From an uncultured Rivularia sp. (GTDB lineage: Bacteria > Cyanobacteriota > Cyanobacteriia > Cyanobacteriales > Nostocaceae): a stretch of DNA of 64,000 nucleotides. The DNA lies in contig OY762007.1 in NCBI GenBank assembly GCA_963665115.1, positions 5,728,001 through 5,792,000 of the forward strand. Reading direction: 5' to 3'. A program made the translations under genes and the position numbers. Below are positions 10,042 to 20,833 of this stretch, one piece after another; the first letter of the stretch is position 1, and every line of letters starts with the position of its first letter. The notes under the pieces were generated by a model, which had not been told where the DNA came from, made no database searches, and saw only the letters and a list, made by a program, of their open reading frames with translations.

Positions 10042-11736
10042 ATGAAACCCAGAATCATTGTTTGTAGTTTAGGACGTACCGGATATAAAATATTTCGTTT
10101 GCTCAGACAACAGGGAGCGTTAGTTGTTGGTATTCACCATCAAGCTATTTCTGGCGAAAGGGCTGGAGATGTGATTGTTGGCGATTTACACGCGGCTAGT
10201 ACTCTTAAAGCGGCAGGAATTCAGCAAGCTAATACTTTAGTTATTGCTGGAGGAGATGACGCATTAAATTTGTGGATTGTTATGCAAGCACGGGTGCTTA
10301 ATCCCCGCATTCGGATAATTAACCGCTTTTTTAATACTAGTTTAGGCGAACGTTTGGATTATACTTTGCCAGACCATTTAAGTATGAGTGTTGCAGGTTT
10401 GGCTTCACCTGTATTTAGTTTTGCCGCTTTAGGAAATAAAGCGATTGGACAAATTAAATTATTTAAACAAACCTGGCCAATACACGAAGAATATATTCAT
10501 CAATATCATCCTTGGAACGGTCGCAAACTCAATGAATTATGGGAAGATCGTTCCCGAATGCTGATCTATTATTTACCCGTGGAAGGTGATTTAGATTTAG
10601 TATCCGCAGTCATGTCAGGGCACGAACTTCAAAAAGGCGATCGCCTAATTGTCGGTACTCAACCCCAAGTCCGTACAACCCGCAAATCATTAATTACAAA
10701 ACTGGTCAAAGTCTTTACAAATTTACGGCAATTTAGACATCATGCTCAGTCAGTTTTGATTGGAGCGATGTTGTTAATGATGATTATTTCATTAGCGACA
10801 CTGACTTATGTATCTGCCGAGCTGAATATGTCTGTTGTCGATGCCCTGTATTTTTCTGTCGGTATGATTACAGGGGCAGGTGGTAACGAAACAATAGTAG
10901 AAAATGCTCCTAACAGCGTTAAGATATTTACCGTTGTAATGATGTTAGTTGGAGCAGCAATATTTGGTATTTGGTATGCTTTGCTCAATGATTTTGTTTT
11001 AGGAACTCGTTTTAAACAGTTTTGGGATGCAGCACGAATACCCCGACGCAATCACTATATTGTCTGTGGCTTGGGTGGTATTGGCATCAAAATCGTCCAG
11101 CAACTTTACAACAACGGACAGGAGGTTGTTGTAGTTGAACCAAACACCAACGGTAAATTTGTCAATACTGCTCGCAGTTTAGGTATTCCCACAATTCATG
11201 CTGATGCTAGCTTCCCCGAGACTCTAAAATCTTGCAACGTTACAAATGCTGCTGCTTTGATTGCCGTTACTGGTAACGATGCAACTAACATCGAAATTGC
11301 TCTCAAAGCTAAAGGGTTATCATCTAAAATTACCGTGGTAGTAAATTATGCCGACCCCGACTTTGCCCGGATGGCACAGGAAGTATTCGATTTTGAAGCA
11401 GTACTAAGTCCCGCAGAACTTGCCGCGCCTGCATTTGCCGCCGCAGCTTTAGGCGGTAGAATCCTCGGTAACGGTATCACCGCAGATAGTTTGTGGGTAG
11501 CCTTTGCCACAATAATTACACCATCCCATCCATTTTGCGGTCAAAGAGTTCAAGAAGCAGCCATGTCTGCCGATTTTGTACCTTTATACGTAGAAACCAA
11601 CTCTCAAACCATCCACGGTTGGGAATTACTCGAAACCTCTTTGAGCGGTGGAGATATGCTGTATTTAACAATGCCCGCAACTCGTCTGTATCAATTGTGG
11701 CGCTATACTCCCAAGATTGATGCTGTTAATTATTAG
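10042..11736 (+). CDS. Potassium channel-like protein with two TrkA-N (RCK) NAD-binding domains
   Basis: IIVCSLGRTG and YIVCGLGGIG Rossmann motifs flank TM-pore-TM (DALYFSVGMITGAGG); ATG at 10042 preferred over upstream GTG. Confidence 0.88.
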   Translation: MKPRIIVCSLGRTGYKIFRLLRQQGALVVGIHHQAISGERAGDVIVGDLHAASTLKAAGIQQANTLVIAGGDDALNLWIVMQARVLNPRIRIINRFFNTSLGERLDYTLPDHLSMSVAGLASPVFSFAALGNKAIGQIKLFKQTWPIHEEYIHQYHPWNGRKLNELWEDRSRMLIYYLPVEGDLDLVSAVMSGHELQKGDRLIVGTQPQVRTTRKSLITKLVKVFTNLRQFRHHAQSVLIGAMLLMMIISLATLTYVSAELNMSVVDALYFSVGMITGAGGNETIVENAPNSVKIFTVVMMLVGAAIFGIWYALLNDFVLGTRFKQFWDAARIPRRNHYIVCGLGGIGIKIVQQLYNNGQEVVVVEPNTNGKFVNTARSLGIPTIHADASFPETLKSCNVTNAAALIAVTGNDATNIEIALKAKGLSSKITVVVNYADPDFARMAQEVFDFEAVLSPAELAAPAFAAAALGGRILGNGITADSLWVAFATIITPSHPFCGQRVQEAAMSADFVPLYVETNSQTIHGWELLETSLSGGDMLYLTMPATRLYQLWRYTPKIDAVNY

Positions 11737-11926
11737 TTGGGGATTGGGCATGGGGCATTGGGAATGGGTAATTGGTAATTGGTAATGGGAGACAGGGAGA
11801 ATATTTATTCTTCAACTCTTAACTCTTTTAATCTAAAATCTAATATAAAAGACTCCTAACTCTCTACTCCTAACTCCCTACTCTCTACTCCCTACTCCCT
11901 ACTCCTAACTATTAACTGTTAACCGT

Positions 11927-13270
11927 TCACTCTTCAGCAATGCAAAGAAAATATTGTGGAGTAGCAAAGTAATCACTCACCACGGAGATGCTGACTTTCA
12001 GTTTTATTAACTCTCCGTTTTTGTGAATAAGCTGTTTTTGTATTGAATTAGCGTCAGTTTTATTATTAAGAATATTAGACATAAACTCAATGCAAGAGTC
12101 TAAATCATCCAAGTCTGTAATATCTTGCCAACTTAAATCTAATAATTCTGACTCGCTATAGCCAGTTATTTCACAAAAACGCGGGTTAACCTCGATAAAT
12201 TCTCCAGATAATTGAATTTGATAAATTCCTACGGAAGCTTGCTCGAAAATACTACAAAAACGTTCTTCACTTTCCCGTAAAGCATCTTCCGCCCATTTGC
12301 GTTGGGAAATATCTTCCACTACCCCAAGAAAATAATCGGGCATTCCTTGTTGGTTGCATACCAATGAGACACTAACGTTAACCCATTGTTCTCGATCGTG
12401 TTTATCCCATTTACTAATAAACCGTTTTTGTAAAGAGTAGTTAGAAATTTCTTCGGTAAATAGCTGTCGCACGTGCATTAATTCGGCTTCAATATCATTT
12501 TGATGAGTGATATCTTGCCAACTTAACTGTTTTAAAAATGATTCTTCATAGCCTATGATTTCGCAAAAGCGCGGGTTTACCTGCATAAACTGCCCGTACA
12601 GAGAAACCATGAAAATTCCTACGGCAGCTTGTTCGTAAATAGCGCGAAAACGTTCTTCACTTTCTTTTAAAGCTTCTTCTGCTGTTTTACGTTGAGTAAT
12701 ATCTCGCGCTAGCCATAATATACTTTTGTCTGAGATTGGAGAAATGCTAGCGCTAAACCACACCTGATGCTCTTCTTCTTTTAAGAGGTAATCAAAATGC
12801 AATATTTTTTGTGTATCTAAAGCTTTGCGAACTTGTTCTAAGTAAGTTTGTGCAGTTTGCTCCTCGAAGAAAAGTTCCGCAGTCTGATTAATTAACCCGT
12901 TGGCGATCGCATCTCCATCACTCGCACAAGTCGGTAAAATTTCTACATTAGACAAATTTTTATCTTCAATGCTTACCACCAAGATAATGTCTTTAATAGA
13001 CTCAATAACACCGCGCAATTTAGCTTCAGAACTATTTAACTTATCCTCAAGTAGTTTTCGGTTGCTAACTTCTTTGTGCAGCTTTTGATTTAAATTTTCA
13101 TTCTCATCCTTTGTTTGTACAAGCAATTCCTGCAATTTCTGCAAAGTTTGCTTAACTTCCCCATTACTGTCTCTATTACTAATCAGTGCTAAAGCATCTT
13201 TTAGAGTGTTATTAGGCGTGTTAGCTGCACAATTCTCGTTAACAGCCCAAGAGTTTTCAGAATCTTGCAT
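11927..13270 (-). CDS. Multi-PAS/PAC sensor protein with N-terminal coiled coil, no output domain
   Basis: Repeated ESEERF..IFEQA.VGI..VNPRFCEI.GY and DITQRK/DISQRK PAC ends. Confidence 0.85.
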   Translation of the reverse strand: MQDSENSWAVNENCAANTPNNTLKDALALISNRDSNGEVKQTLQKLQELLVQTKDENENLNQKLHKEVSNRKLLEDKLNSSEAKLRGVIESIKDIILVVSIEDKNLSNVEILPTCASDGDAIANGLINQTAELFFEEQTAQTYLEQVRKALDTQKILHFDYLLKEEEHQVWFSASISPISDKSILWLARDITQRKTAEEALKESEERFRAIYEQAAVGIFMVSLYGQFMQVNPRFCEIIGYEESFLKQLSWQDITHQNDIEAELMHVRQLFTEEISNYSLQKRFISKWDKHDREQWVNVSVSLVCNQQGMPDYFLGVVEDISQRKWAEDALRESEERFCSIFEQASVGIYQIQLSGEFIEVNPRFCEITGYSESELLDLSWQDITDLDDLDSCIEFMSNILNNKTDANSIQKQLIHKNGELIKLKVSISVVSDYFATPQYFLCIAEE

Positions 13271-13416
13271 AAAGAAACGGTTTTTATCAAATTATTGATT
13301 GCAACAAAATTTATTTATTGACAGAGGGAACGGGCAACTCTCAATTTATAATTTCAGACATTACCTTGCTACTGAACAATAATTACACCGTTTCTTACGT
13401 AATTACAAGTGTTATT

Positions 13417-14235
13417 TCAAACATTAAGGTTGTTTGCATTTCCCATTCCCAATTCCCTATTTCCTAAAGCTTTCAAAAGACAATCGGATAATTCGCAAAA
13501 ACCTTCTCCTTCTGAATTCTCGGTGATATAAGCGGGTTTATGCTCTAATTTATCCACATATTCCCGCACGTTAGCTACACCCACGGATACATCAAAATAA
13601 TTTTTATCAAACAAGCTTTCATCATTGGGGCTATCCCCAACTGTAACAACTTCATCCGAAGCGTATCCAGGAAAATATTCTTGCAGTACTTGCCATAACC
13701 CTACAGCTTTATCCTGCCCCAAAGGTTTGATATGGCACTGAACGTTACTGTAAGTGAATCCCCAACCATTATCCTGGCATTGATGTGAAAGAGTTTGTAA
13801 TGAAGCGCTATTCAAACCCGCTACATCAAAAGTCCAATCTGTAATGCGAAAACGATTGTCGGAAGATTCTTTAATTTGAGGGAAATCAAGCTGTAATTTT
13901 TGAAAAACAGTTTCTAAATCTCTTCTATGCTGCTTTAAATCTTCTATAGGTGTAATAGCAACCGCTTGCTCGCTTTGAGAGGGATAAAACAAACCACCAT
14001 TTTCGGCGATCGCACCAACTACTGGCAAATAATAAGCCAAACCGCTAACCCAACCAGCGGAACGTCCGGTAACAATAATTACTTTGATATTTGAGAAAGC
14101 TAAATCTTGCAAAGCTTGCAGTAGTGCATTACTAAATTTACCTTTCGTAGTTAAAGTACCATCCATATCCGTAGCTACCAGACGGATTTTAGAAAAACAG
14201 TTACTTAGGGAAGGTTGAGGAAGCGATAAGGACAT
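13417..14235 (-). CDS. HAD-superfamily hydrolase, subfamily IIB
   Basis: ATDMDGTLT, VTGRSAGW, VGDSPND. Confidence 0.9.
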   Translation of the reverse strand: MSLSLPQPSLSNCFSKIRLVATDMDGTLTTKGKFSNALLQALQDLAFSNIKVIIVTGRSAGWVSGLAYYLPVVGAIAENGGLFYPSQSEQAVAITPIEDLKQHRRDLETVFQKLQLDFPQIKESSDNRFRITDWTFDVAGLNSASLQTLSHQCQDNGWGFTYSNVQCHIKPLGQDKAVGLWQVLQEYFPGYASDEVVTVGDSPNDESLFDKNYFDVSVGVANVREYVDKLEHKPAYITENSEGEGFCELSDCLLKALGNRELGMGNANNLNV

Positions 14236-14484
14236 TTACGAAGAAGGGGAATAGGGAACGGCAACAGGGAAGAATATCAATATCAATTTTCTTGTAAAGC
14301 TTAGAGGGTGTTTTAAAATTATCCGCCAGGAGAAGTATGAAATTAGACTTTCGAGCGCATTATAGCCACTCCCTGATAAAACAATTCATAAGTACTATAT
14401 AATCGCTGAAATTTAGACCGATCAAAATTAATTTTTTAATTTTTCAAAGAAAATACAATCATATCGCAAAACGGAGTTGCAAAT

Positions 14485-15357
14485 TTGGGCATCCTAACTA
14501 TGAGGAGTCCAATTTTAATTGTGTCCATTATGTCAACTTCGATACTTGTTGCTCAATCTCCCGCAGCAAAAACCAATAAGGCATCCGAGCAGGTACCCGC
14601 AGCTACCGAAACTCAACTACCTCCATTACCAATAATGGTATCTGGAGGACTTACTGTAATGGTGATTGGCTTAATTATCTACGGTAAAATCCAGACGAAG
14701 AAGCTGGAGAAGAAACTTAGGTTTGAAAAATTCCGCACCCGAGAGTTAGAGAAGAAGCTGAAGCTATCTCTCCAAACGATTCGTAAAATGGAAACAAACC
14801 CCGATTTGATTAACTCGCGGGAATTCAATCTGGATTATTTGCGAATGCGGATGGAGGAAGAAGTCTTCCACTTTGCCATTGTTAATCAAATAAAAATTAC
14901 CATCAAAGAGAAAATTTCTCAAGCACTGCGTCCAAACCATGCAAAACAAGGAGTTGTGGGAATTGCAAGTAGCGCTGCAAGACAGATAGATGAAATCTTT
15001 GATGTAGAGTATGAAACTGGGGTTGCGACAAATAACGGTAAACGAGTACTGTTTCGCATTCAAATTAGGTTAATGAAATTGCCTACACAAGCAAGTTCAG
15101 CCACCATTAGCCAATTAATTGACTGCGTTGAAACGTATCTAAGTCCCGCAGAAGATCATGATAGTTGGCAACCTACCATTCAAGGTCGAATAGCTTTTAT
15201 GCATTGGGACCAAAAAGCCAAACCCACACCTTTATTAGTGTTAGAACAATCTAACGAAGGTGTTAATGTCACTTTCCGTACCAGTCGTTCCGGCAACGGC
15301 AATAACGATATAATGAATCACTCGCCAAAAAACAACAAAACTGGTTATCGAAAATGA
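14485..15357 (+). CDS. Hypothetical membrane-anchored coiled-coil protein (true start may be 14500 or 14530)
   Basis: 290-codon ORF with one hydrophobic segment followed by a charged heptad-like region. Confidence 0.75.
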   Translation: MGILTMRSPILIVSIMSTSILVAQSPAAKTNKASEQVPAATETQLPPLPIMVSGGLTVMVIGLIIYGKIQTKKLEKKLRFEKFRTRELEKKLKLSLQTIRKMETNPDLINSREFNLDYLRMRMEEEVFHFAIVNQIKITIKEKISQALRPNHAKQGVVGIASSAARQIDEIFDVEYETGVATNNGKRVLFRIQIRLMKLPTQASSATISQLIDCVETYLSPAEDHDSWQPTIQGRIAFMHWDQKAKPTPLLVLEQSNEGVNVTFRTSRSGNGNNDIMNHSPKNNKTGYRK

Positions 15358-15502
15358 ACGGCAAACAGTTAAGAGTTAACAGTTAGCAGTTATTTAACAA
15401 AAAATACCGTCGATTTGCGATTTGAGATTAAGTATTAGCTTTATTCTAAGGAGGCAGATTTAGAATATTGAAATTTGCATCAATCCAAAATCCAAAATTA
15501 AC

Positions 15503-16207
15503 TTAGTTACTAAGTGTTAACTGTTCGCTAGTTAAAAGCCCATCTTCCATGTTTACAATACGGTCGGCAATATCCAAAATACGACTATCATGAGTTACTA
15601 ACAAAATAGACGTTCCTTGCTCTTTAGCAAGGTGCTGCATTATTTCTACAACATCTCTTCCAGACTGTTTATCCAAAGCTGCTGTAGGTTCATCTGCTAA
15701 TACTAGTGGGGGATTATTTACCAAAGCACGAGCAATAGCAACTCTCTGCTTTTGACCTCCAGAAAGATTGTCGGGAAAGTAATCAATTCGATTTGCCAAA
15801 CCTACTGCTTGTAAAATATCTTTCGATTGAGTAATAGCTTCTTTTTGAGAAATACATTTATTTAGTTCTGCTGCGATTTGCACGTTTTGTCTGGCAGTCA
15901 AAAACTCTAGCAAATTATGTGCTTGAAAAATATAGCCAATATTACGTCGGGTGCTGACCAATTTTCTAGGATTAGCTCGATAAAGTTCTTCTCCTAAAAA
16001 TTTAAGACTTCCTTCTTGTACCGAACGTAAACCACCAATTAGACTAAGTAAAGTGGTCTTACCCGAACCAGAAGGACCAGTCATAATAACAATTTCACCA
16101 GGATAAATATCCAGATTAATATCATACAAAATCTGCTTCTTCAGCGAACCCTTTCCGTAATAGTGATTCAGGTATTGAATTGAAATGACAGGTTCTTTTC
16201 TCATCAT
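15503..16207 (-). CDS. devA: DevA family ABC exporter ATP-binding protein
   Basis: GPSGSGKTT, LSGGQKQRVAIARA, YIFQAHNLL; third gene of devBCA order. Confidence 0.93.
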   Translation of the reverse strand: MMRKEPVISIQYLNHYYGKGSLKKQILYDINLDIYPGEIVIMTGPSGSGKTTLLSLIGGLRSVQEGSLKFLGEELYRANPRKLVSTRRNIGYIFQAHNLLEFLTARQNVQIAAELNKCISQKEAITQSKDILQAVGLANRIDYFPDNLSGGQKQRVAIARALVNNPPLVLADEPTAALDKQSGRDVVEIMQHLAKEQGTSILLVTHDSRILDIADRIVNMEDGLLTSEQLTLSN

Positions 16208-16300
16208 GTTACTAGTTAGTTGTTAGAAGTTATAAATTAAGAATTAGGACTTAGGAATTAGAAGTTTTATGGTCACTGTGACCTGGTAACTGATAACTGA

Positions 16301-17452
16301 TTAAAAAATGTCTGCTGGATCGGCTGACTTTAATTTCTTTACGGCAATTATTCCTGAAATAGAGCACATCAAAATAGTTAATAACAGCACCATAACTGCT
16401 CTACTACTAGTCATAAAAACTGGTAGAAGAGTAGCTGCTCTTGCTTGTTGGTATAGAAATAAAGCAAGAGCAAATCCAGGTAAATATCCTAAAACTGCTA
16501 ATATAAGAGCTTCTTGAAGAATTACAATTAAAAAGTAATTATGCGAATAGCCAATTGCTTTAAGAGTGGCATATTCAACTAAATGATCTGAAACTTCGCT
16601 ATAAAGTATTTGATAGACAATCACGGTTCCGACAATAAAACCCATGATTGTTCCTAAAGTGAAAATAAAACCAATAGCGGTACTACTTGCCCAATAATTT
16701 TTTTCAAAATCAACGAATTCTTGTTTAGTAAAAACTTTAACGTCTCGATCTAAATAATTTCTTAATTGTTGAGCAACAAGATCTGGATCTGCACCAGGTT
16801 TCAATTTAATTAAGCCAATATCAATTAACCCAGGCTGACGACTTCCAAAGATTCTGAGAAAATTAAGGTCACTGGTAATTAAATTACCGTCTGCCCCAAA
16901 TGAAGCACCTAAAGTAAATAACCCTCCAACCTTAACTAACTTACTTCTGACTTCTGCTTTAACATCATCACCTTGTTCAAATTGCGCGACAATTGGGCCA
17001 TATTCTTGTCGAGAAGAACGGTCATATAAAACGACGTTTGGTAGTTGAATTTTATCTAAATTTTGTTGTAGCCCTGGAAGTTGTAATACATCATTTTGTG
17101 GATTTATTCCTATGACCAAAAGATTTCGAGGAATACCTGTTTGTGGATTTTTCCAACTCGTATAGTCTACATATATTGGATCTACTGACTCTACTGACTC
17201 TAAATCTAAAGCTTGGTACAGTCGTTTTTGAGAAAATCTTTTCATCGACAATATAGCACTTGTCTGACGATTAACTAATACAATTTCCCCTTGCAAACTA
17301 TTATGAAAACGAACGTTACTGTAATACAGAGAATCGCGAAAACCAAGCTGCATAAACATTAAAATATCGGCAAAAGCGATTCCCGCTAATGCCACCGCTA
17401 AACGAGACGCTTCACGTTTGAGTTGTAACCATGCTAAAGGTAGTTTTGCCAT
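16301..17452 (-). CDS. devC: DevC family ABC exporter permease
   Basis: LPLAWLQL..LAVALAGIAFADILMFMQLGF, C-terminal ADPADIF. Confidence 0.93.
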   Translation of the reverse strand: MAKLPLAWLQLKREASRLAVALAGIAFADILMFMQLGFRDSLYYSNVRFHNSLQGEIVLVNRQTSAILSMKRFSQKRLYQALDLESVESVDPIYVDYTSWKNPQTGIPRNLLVIGINPQNDVLQLPGLQQNLDKIQLPNVVLYDRSSRQEYGPIVAQFEQGDDVKAEVRSKLVKVGGLFTLGASFGADGNLITSDLNFLRIFGSRQPGLIDIGLIKLKPGADPDLVAQQLRNYLDRDVKVFTKQEFVDFEKNYWASSTAIGFIFTLGTIMGFIVGTVIVYQILYSEVSDHLVEYATLKAIGYSHNYFLIVILQEALILAVLGYLPGFALALFLYQQARAATLLPVFMTSSRAVMVLLLTILMCSISGIIAVKKLKSADPADIF

Positions 17453-17535
17453 AAGTTTTCAGTGAGCAGTGAGCAGTTAACAGCGAGCAGTTGGGAGTTA
17501 GGAATTAGGAGTTAAATATTAACCTTTGACCTTTT

Positions 17536-18951
17536 TTAAATCTGAATTGTAGCTATCACTTTGGCATTAGTTAAACCTGATACTCTTTCTTTATCTTGTT
17601 CGGATAGAGCAATCTTGACTTCTACAACTCTGGCATCTACATCTGCTGCTGGGTCGGTATTTAGGACGTTTCTGCTGCCTATTTTTCTGCCAATTTCAGA
17701 GACGGTTCCTTGTAGTTTGCCGGTAAATGCTCCATTGTCGCTGACTATGGAAGCCAACTGTCCCAAACGCACTCTACCAATACTTGCTTCGGGAACTTCT
17801 GCTACAACAATCATTTCGTCGGTACGTCCAATTTCGGCAATACCTTCAGCACTCATGGTTTCTCCCGCCTTGGTATATATTTCTAAAACTTCCCCCGCGA
17901 TTGGTGCGATTACATAACTCAATTTCATATCCGCTTCAGCTTTTCTCATTTGCGCGATCGCATTATTCACTTGAGCTTGTGCAATCCGAGTATTGCTAGG
18001 GCGAATTTCTTGGAGTCTATTCAAATTTGCTTTTTGTTCTTCTATCTGCCTCTGTAAGGTTGCTATAGTTCTGTTTTGGTTTGCTTGCGCTTCTACTAAC
18101 TGTTGTCGCAGGATGGCGATAGTTTTTTCTCTATCTACTCTTGCTTGGGTTCGTTGTTCTCGCAAGCTGGCGATCGCCCGTCTGCGATTAGCTTGACTTT
18201 CTATTAATTGCTGAGTAGCACTTTGTGCCGATAGTCGTCTTCTATCCCTTTCTTGTTGGGAAATAGCACCTTGTCTATACAACTGTTCGTAACGTCGAGC
18301 ATCAACTTGGGCATTTTTAGCTTCCGCTTGTACCCTCGCTACTGTTGCTCTGAGAGAATCTTGCTGCCCTTCTAATTCGACAGCTAAACGATTTATTGTT
18401 GCTTGTTGAGAAATAGATTCTCCACGTAACTGTGCTTGCAAACGAGCGATTGTTGCGTTACCAGCCTGTTGTTCGCCGGTTAACTGTGCCTCAAGCCGAG
18501 CAATTACTGCTTGTTGAGCTTGAATTTCTCGCGGCGAACCTACTTTGACACCAGCTAGATTCGCACGGCTTTCTTGAATTCTGGCTTTTGCTTGTTCTAC
18601 CGTGGCTTGACTGCTCTTAAATCCATCCAAAACTGCAATTACTTGACCTTTTTTTACTTTTTGCCCTTCTTTGACCAACATTTCTTCTACTCGCGATGTG
18701 CCCTGTATCCCTGTTGGTGCAGAAAGTTTAATTACTTCTCCTTTAGGTTGCAAACGGCCAGATGCATTTACGCTACTAATTGCCGGTCTAACTGGTACTG
18801 GCGTATTGGATTTATCTAATCTTTCTATTCTCGCTTTAGTTAGTACCCCAGCAGTAATAGCTAACGGTACTGCTACTGCAATACCCCACCAAAGTCTCGA
18901 CTTACCCGGTGGCTGTTCTCTTATAACTGGTTTCTCATTTACCCTTGACAT
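17536..18951 (-). CDS. devB: DevB family membrane fusion protein (heterocyst glycolipid exporter)
   Basis: GRLQPKGEVIKLSAP, long coiled coil, DPAADVDARVVEVKI. Confidence 0.92.
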   Translation of the reverse strand: MSRVNEKPVIREQPPGKSRLWWGIAVAVPLAITAGVLTKARIERLDKSNTPVPVRPAISSVNASGRLQPKGEVIKLSAPTGIQGTSRVEEMLVKEGQKVKKGQVIAVLDGFKSSQATVEQAKARIQESRANLAGVKVGSPREIQAQQAVIARLEAQLTGEQQAGNATIARLQAQLRGESISQQATINRLAVELEGQQDSLRATVARVQAEAKNAQVDARRYEQLYRQGAISQQERDRRRLSAQSATQQLIESQANRRRAIASLREQRTQARVDREKTIAILRQQLVEAQANQNRTIATLQRQIEEQKANLNRLQEIRPSNTRIAQAQVNNAIAQMRKAEADMKLSYVIAPIAGEVLEIYTKAGETMSAEGIAEIGRTDEMIVVAEVPEASIGRVRLGQLASIVSDNGAFTGKLQGTVSEIGRKIGSRNVLNTDPAADVDARVVEVKIALSEQDKERVSGLTNAKVIATIQI

Positions 18952-19560
18952 GATATTTTCTCCATTCTTTTAATCATGCTGAGTAGAAATAATAAGTAAT
19001 TCCATCTCAAACCCACATTGGGGGCTAATTTTGTTTCAAAAGGTTTTACAAACATTTTTTTTGATAATCAACCTACATTTGCTGTATAGTTGCTGTTTAT
19101 TTAGAACTTAAAATTCGTAATAATTGATAATTTTTATTTTGCTTAAAATTATCTTAGTTAGCTGATAGTTAAAATTGCCGAGTACTTCAACATTATCTTG
19201 AGATTTTTTACAGAGATTTTCTGCTTATGATGACAATCTTTTTAAATAAATAGATCGGTAATCATCTTGATAAATTTTCTAATTATTTTACATATTTATT
19301 CCGACCTCATTTCTCTCAATTTATTACATATAAATACCTGTAGCACTTAAAATAAATCAAGCAAACTCATATTTAGTAAGCAGTTCACATAACTAAACAA
19401 TAATCTTTAATATTAAATAGAATTAAATATGATCGATAAATCAGCTATAAATGGTAAAAACAGAAATAAGAAACAAAGTATATCTTCCGGCTTATTAATC
19501 TATACTTTGCGCTCTATATTTATTAAAATTATATAGTTACATTTCACTCACAATAAATAA

Positions 19561-19603
19561 ATTCTACATTGAAGTGTTGTTCTAAAACGTAACATAATCT
19601 ACA
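19561..19603 (-). promoter_or_regulatory. Canonical NtcA-activated promoter of devBCA
   Basis: Minus strand TGTAGATTATGTTAC (GTA-N8-TAC, 19589-19602), exactly 22 nt, then TAGAAT (19561-19566). Confidence 0.8.
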
Positions 19604-19824
19604 GATGCCCAATAGTATTTGTAGGGTTATTTTACTAGATTTAATATTGATAGTTAACTATGCATGAGAATAACATTTATGCAGATTTCGGAATACATAT
19701 TGTATCTGCATAAATGTGAATTAACAACATAGCAAGCCCTATGTAATTGTAAAAAATGCATCAAAAAAAACCAGGTTTAAAAAACCGGGTTTGCATAAAA
19801 ATCTAAAATCATCTCAGAAAGCAT

Positions 19825-19918
19825 CTGGCGATTGAATATGCCCTCCGGGCACGCTGCGCTAACACTGCTACACAGGCAAAGTCCACCTGCGTGGACTAGT
19901 ATTCTATAACCCGCGCAG
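19825..19918. repeat. Dispersed palindromic repeat (GCTACACA..AAAGTCCACCTGCGTGGACT type) with embedded short hairpin
   Basis: AGTCCACCTGCGTGGACT and TGCCCTCCGGGCA hairpins; related element at 60043-60158. Confidence 0.6.
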
Positions 19919-19972
19919 ATAATTAAATACTTTATTCCCACTCGCTACTCGCTACTCATAACTCCCTACTCC

Positions 19973-20725
19973 CTACTGCCCTAGAGGAGTATCAAACAAA
20001 ACAGTTGTCATATAATTTTCAGCCCACTCCGAACCAAAAGCTTTTTCTAAAACGCGGCGAGTTTTATCATTTTGCTGCTGTTTACTACAGTAATTTAATT
20101 GCCCTTCCAACAACTTACTTGCTGCTTCAGATGAAACAGGTTTTGCAGCAACAGCATTTTGACAATGAACTTCTAAAAAATTCTCAACCCGTGAAAGAAA
20201 CATTTGTTCTTCTTCAGGAGAGCCAGGGCGTACAAAAATGCAAAACTCAGAAAAAATGTTTCCCCATTCAGGTAATTCACGAGGTTGGGAGAAATTGAGC
20301 GTAGGTAAAGCACCAAGTTGGTTATTGTAGCTAGATGGTAAAATGCCCTTCGTGCCATTCATATTAAGCGGAGACAAATCGGCGATCGCCGCACTAATTT
20401 GACCTCTACCGCCCACTAAATCGCAACCAAACATCGGTAAATCGTATTCCGGATAAGGAAACATGACGCAATGCAAAATATCGAGCATTGAACCAACCTT
20501 CGCAAGTTCCATATGCAGCTTGCGGAACTGAGGAGTTTGGTAACAGCGATTTTCAATAGTAAGTTTTTCACCTTCTAACTTACCTTCCACATATCCCAAC
20601 TCAGCAGGCAAATGATAAGGAGATAAATCCAAATGCTGATGCCACGCTTTTTCAATAGAATCAGCCAACTGACGAATCAGGGGATGTTGTTGCTCGCGGA
20701 GTGAGGATTTAGTTGCGGAGGACAT
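19973..20725 (-). CDS. pcyA: Phycocyanobilin:ferredoxin oxidoreductase
   Basis: FRKLHMELA, LDILHCVMFP, PMFGCDLV, QQQNDKTRRVLEKAFG. Confidence 0.97.
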   Translation of the reverse strand: MSSATKSSLREQQHPLIRQLADSIEKAWHQHLDLSPYHLPAELGYVEGKLEGEKLTIENRCYQTPQFRKLHMELAKVGSMLDILHCVMFPYPEYDLPMFGCDLVGGRGQISAAIADLSPLNMNGTKGILPSSYNNQLGALPTLNFSQPRELPEWGNIFSEFCIFVRPGSPEEEQMFLSRVENFLEVHCQNAVAAKPVSSEAASKLLEGQLNYCSKQQQNDKTRRVLEKAFGSEWAENYMTTVLFDTPLGQ

Positions 20726-20833
20726 ATTTAAATAAAAATATATTATCTAATAGTCAGTCTACCGCTATGAGTTATCAATGAACAATTAACATTGAAGATA
20801 AGTTGCTTATTAAATAGTGAAATATTGTTAATT

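Noticed and set aside
19621..19635. GTAGGGTTATTTTAC as a second NtcA box (also 29420-29434)
   Set aside because: Spacer is 9 nt rather than 8
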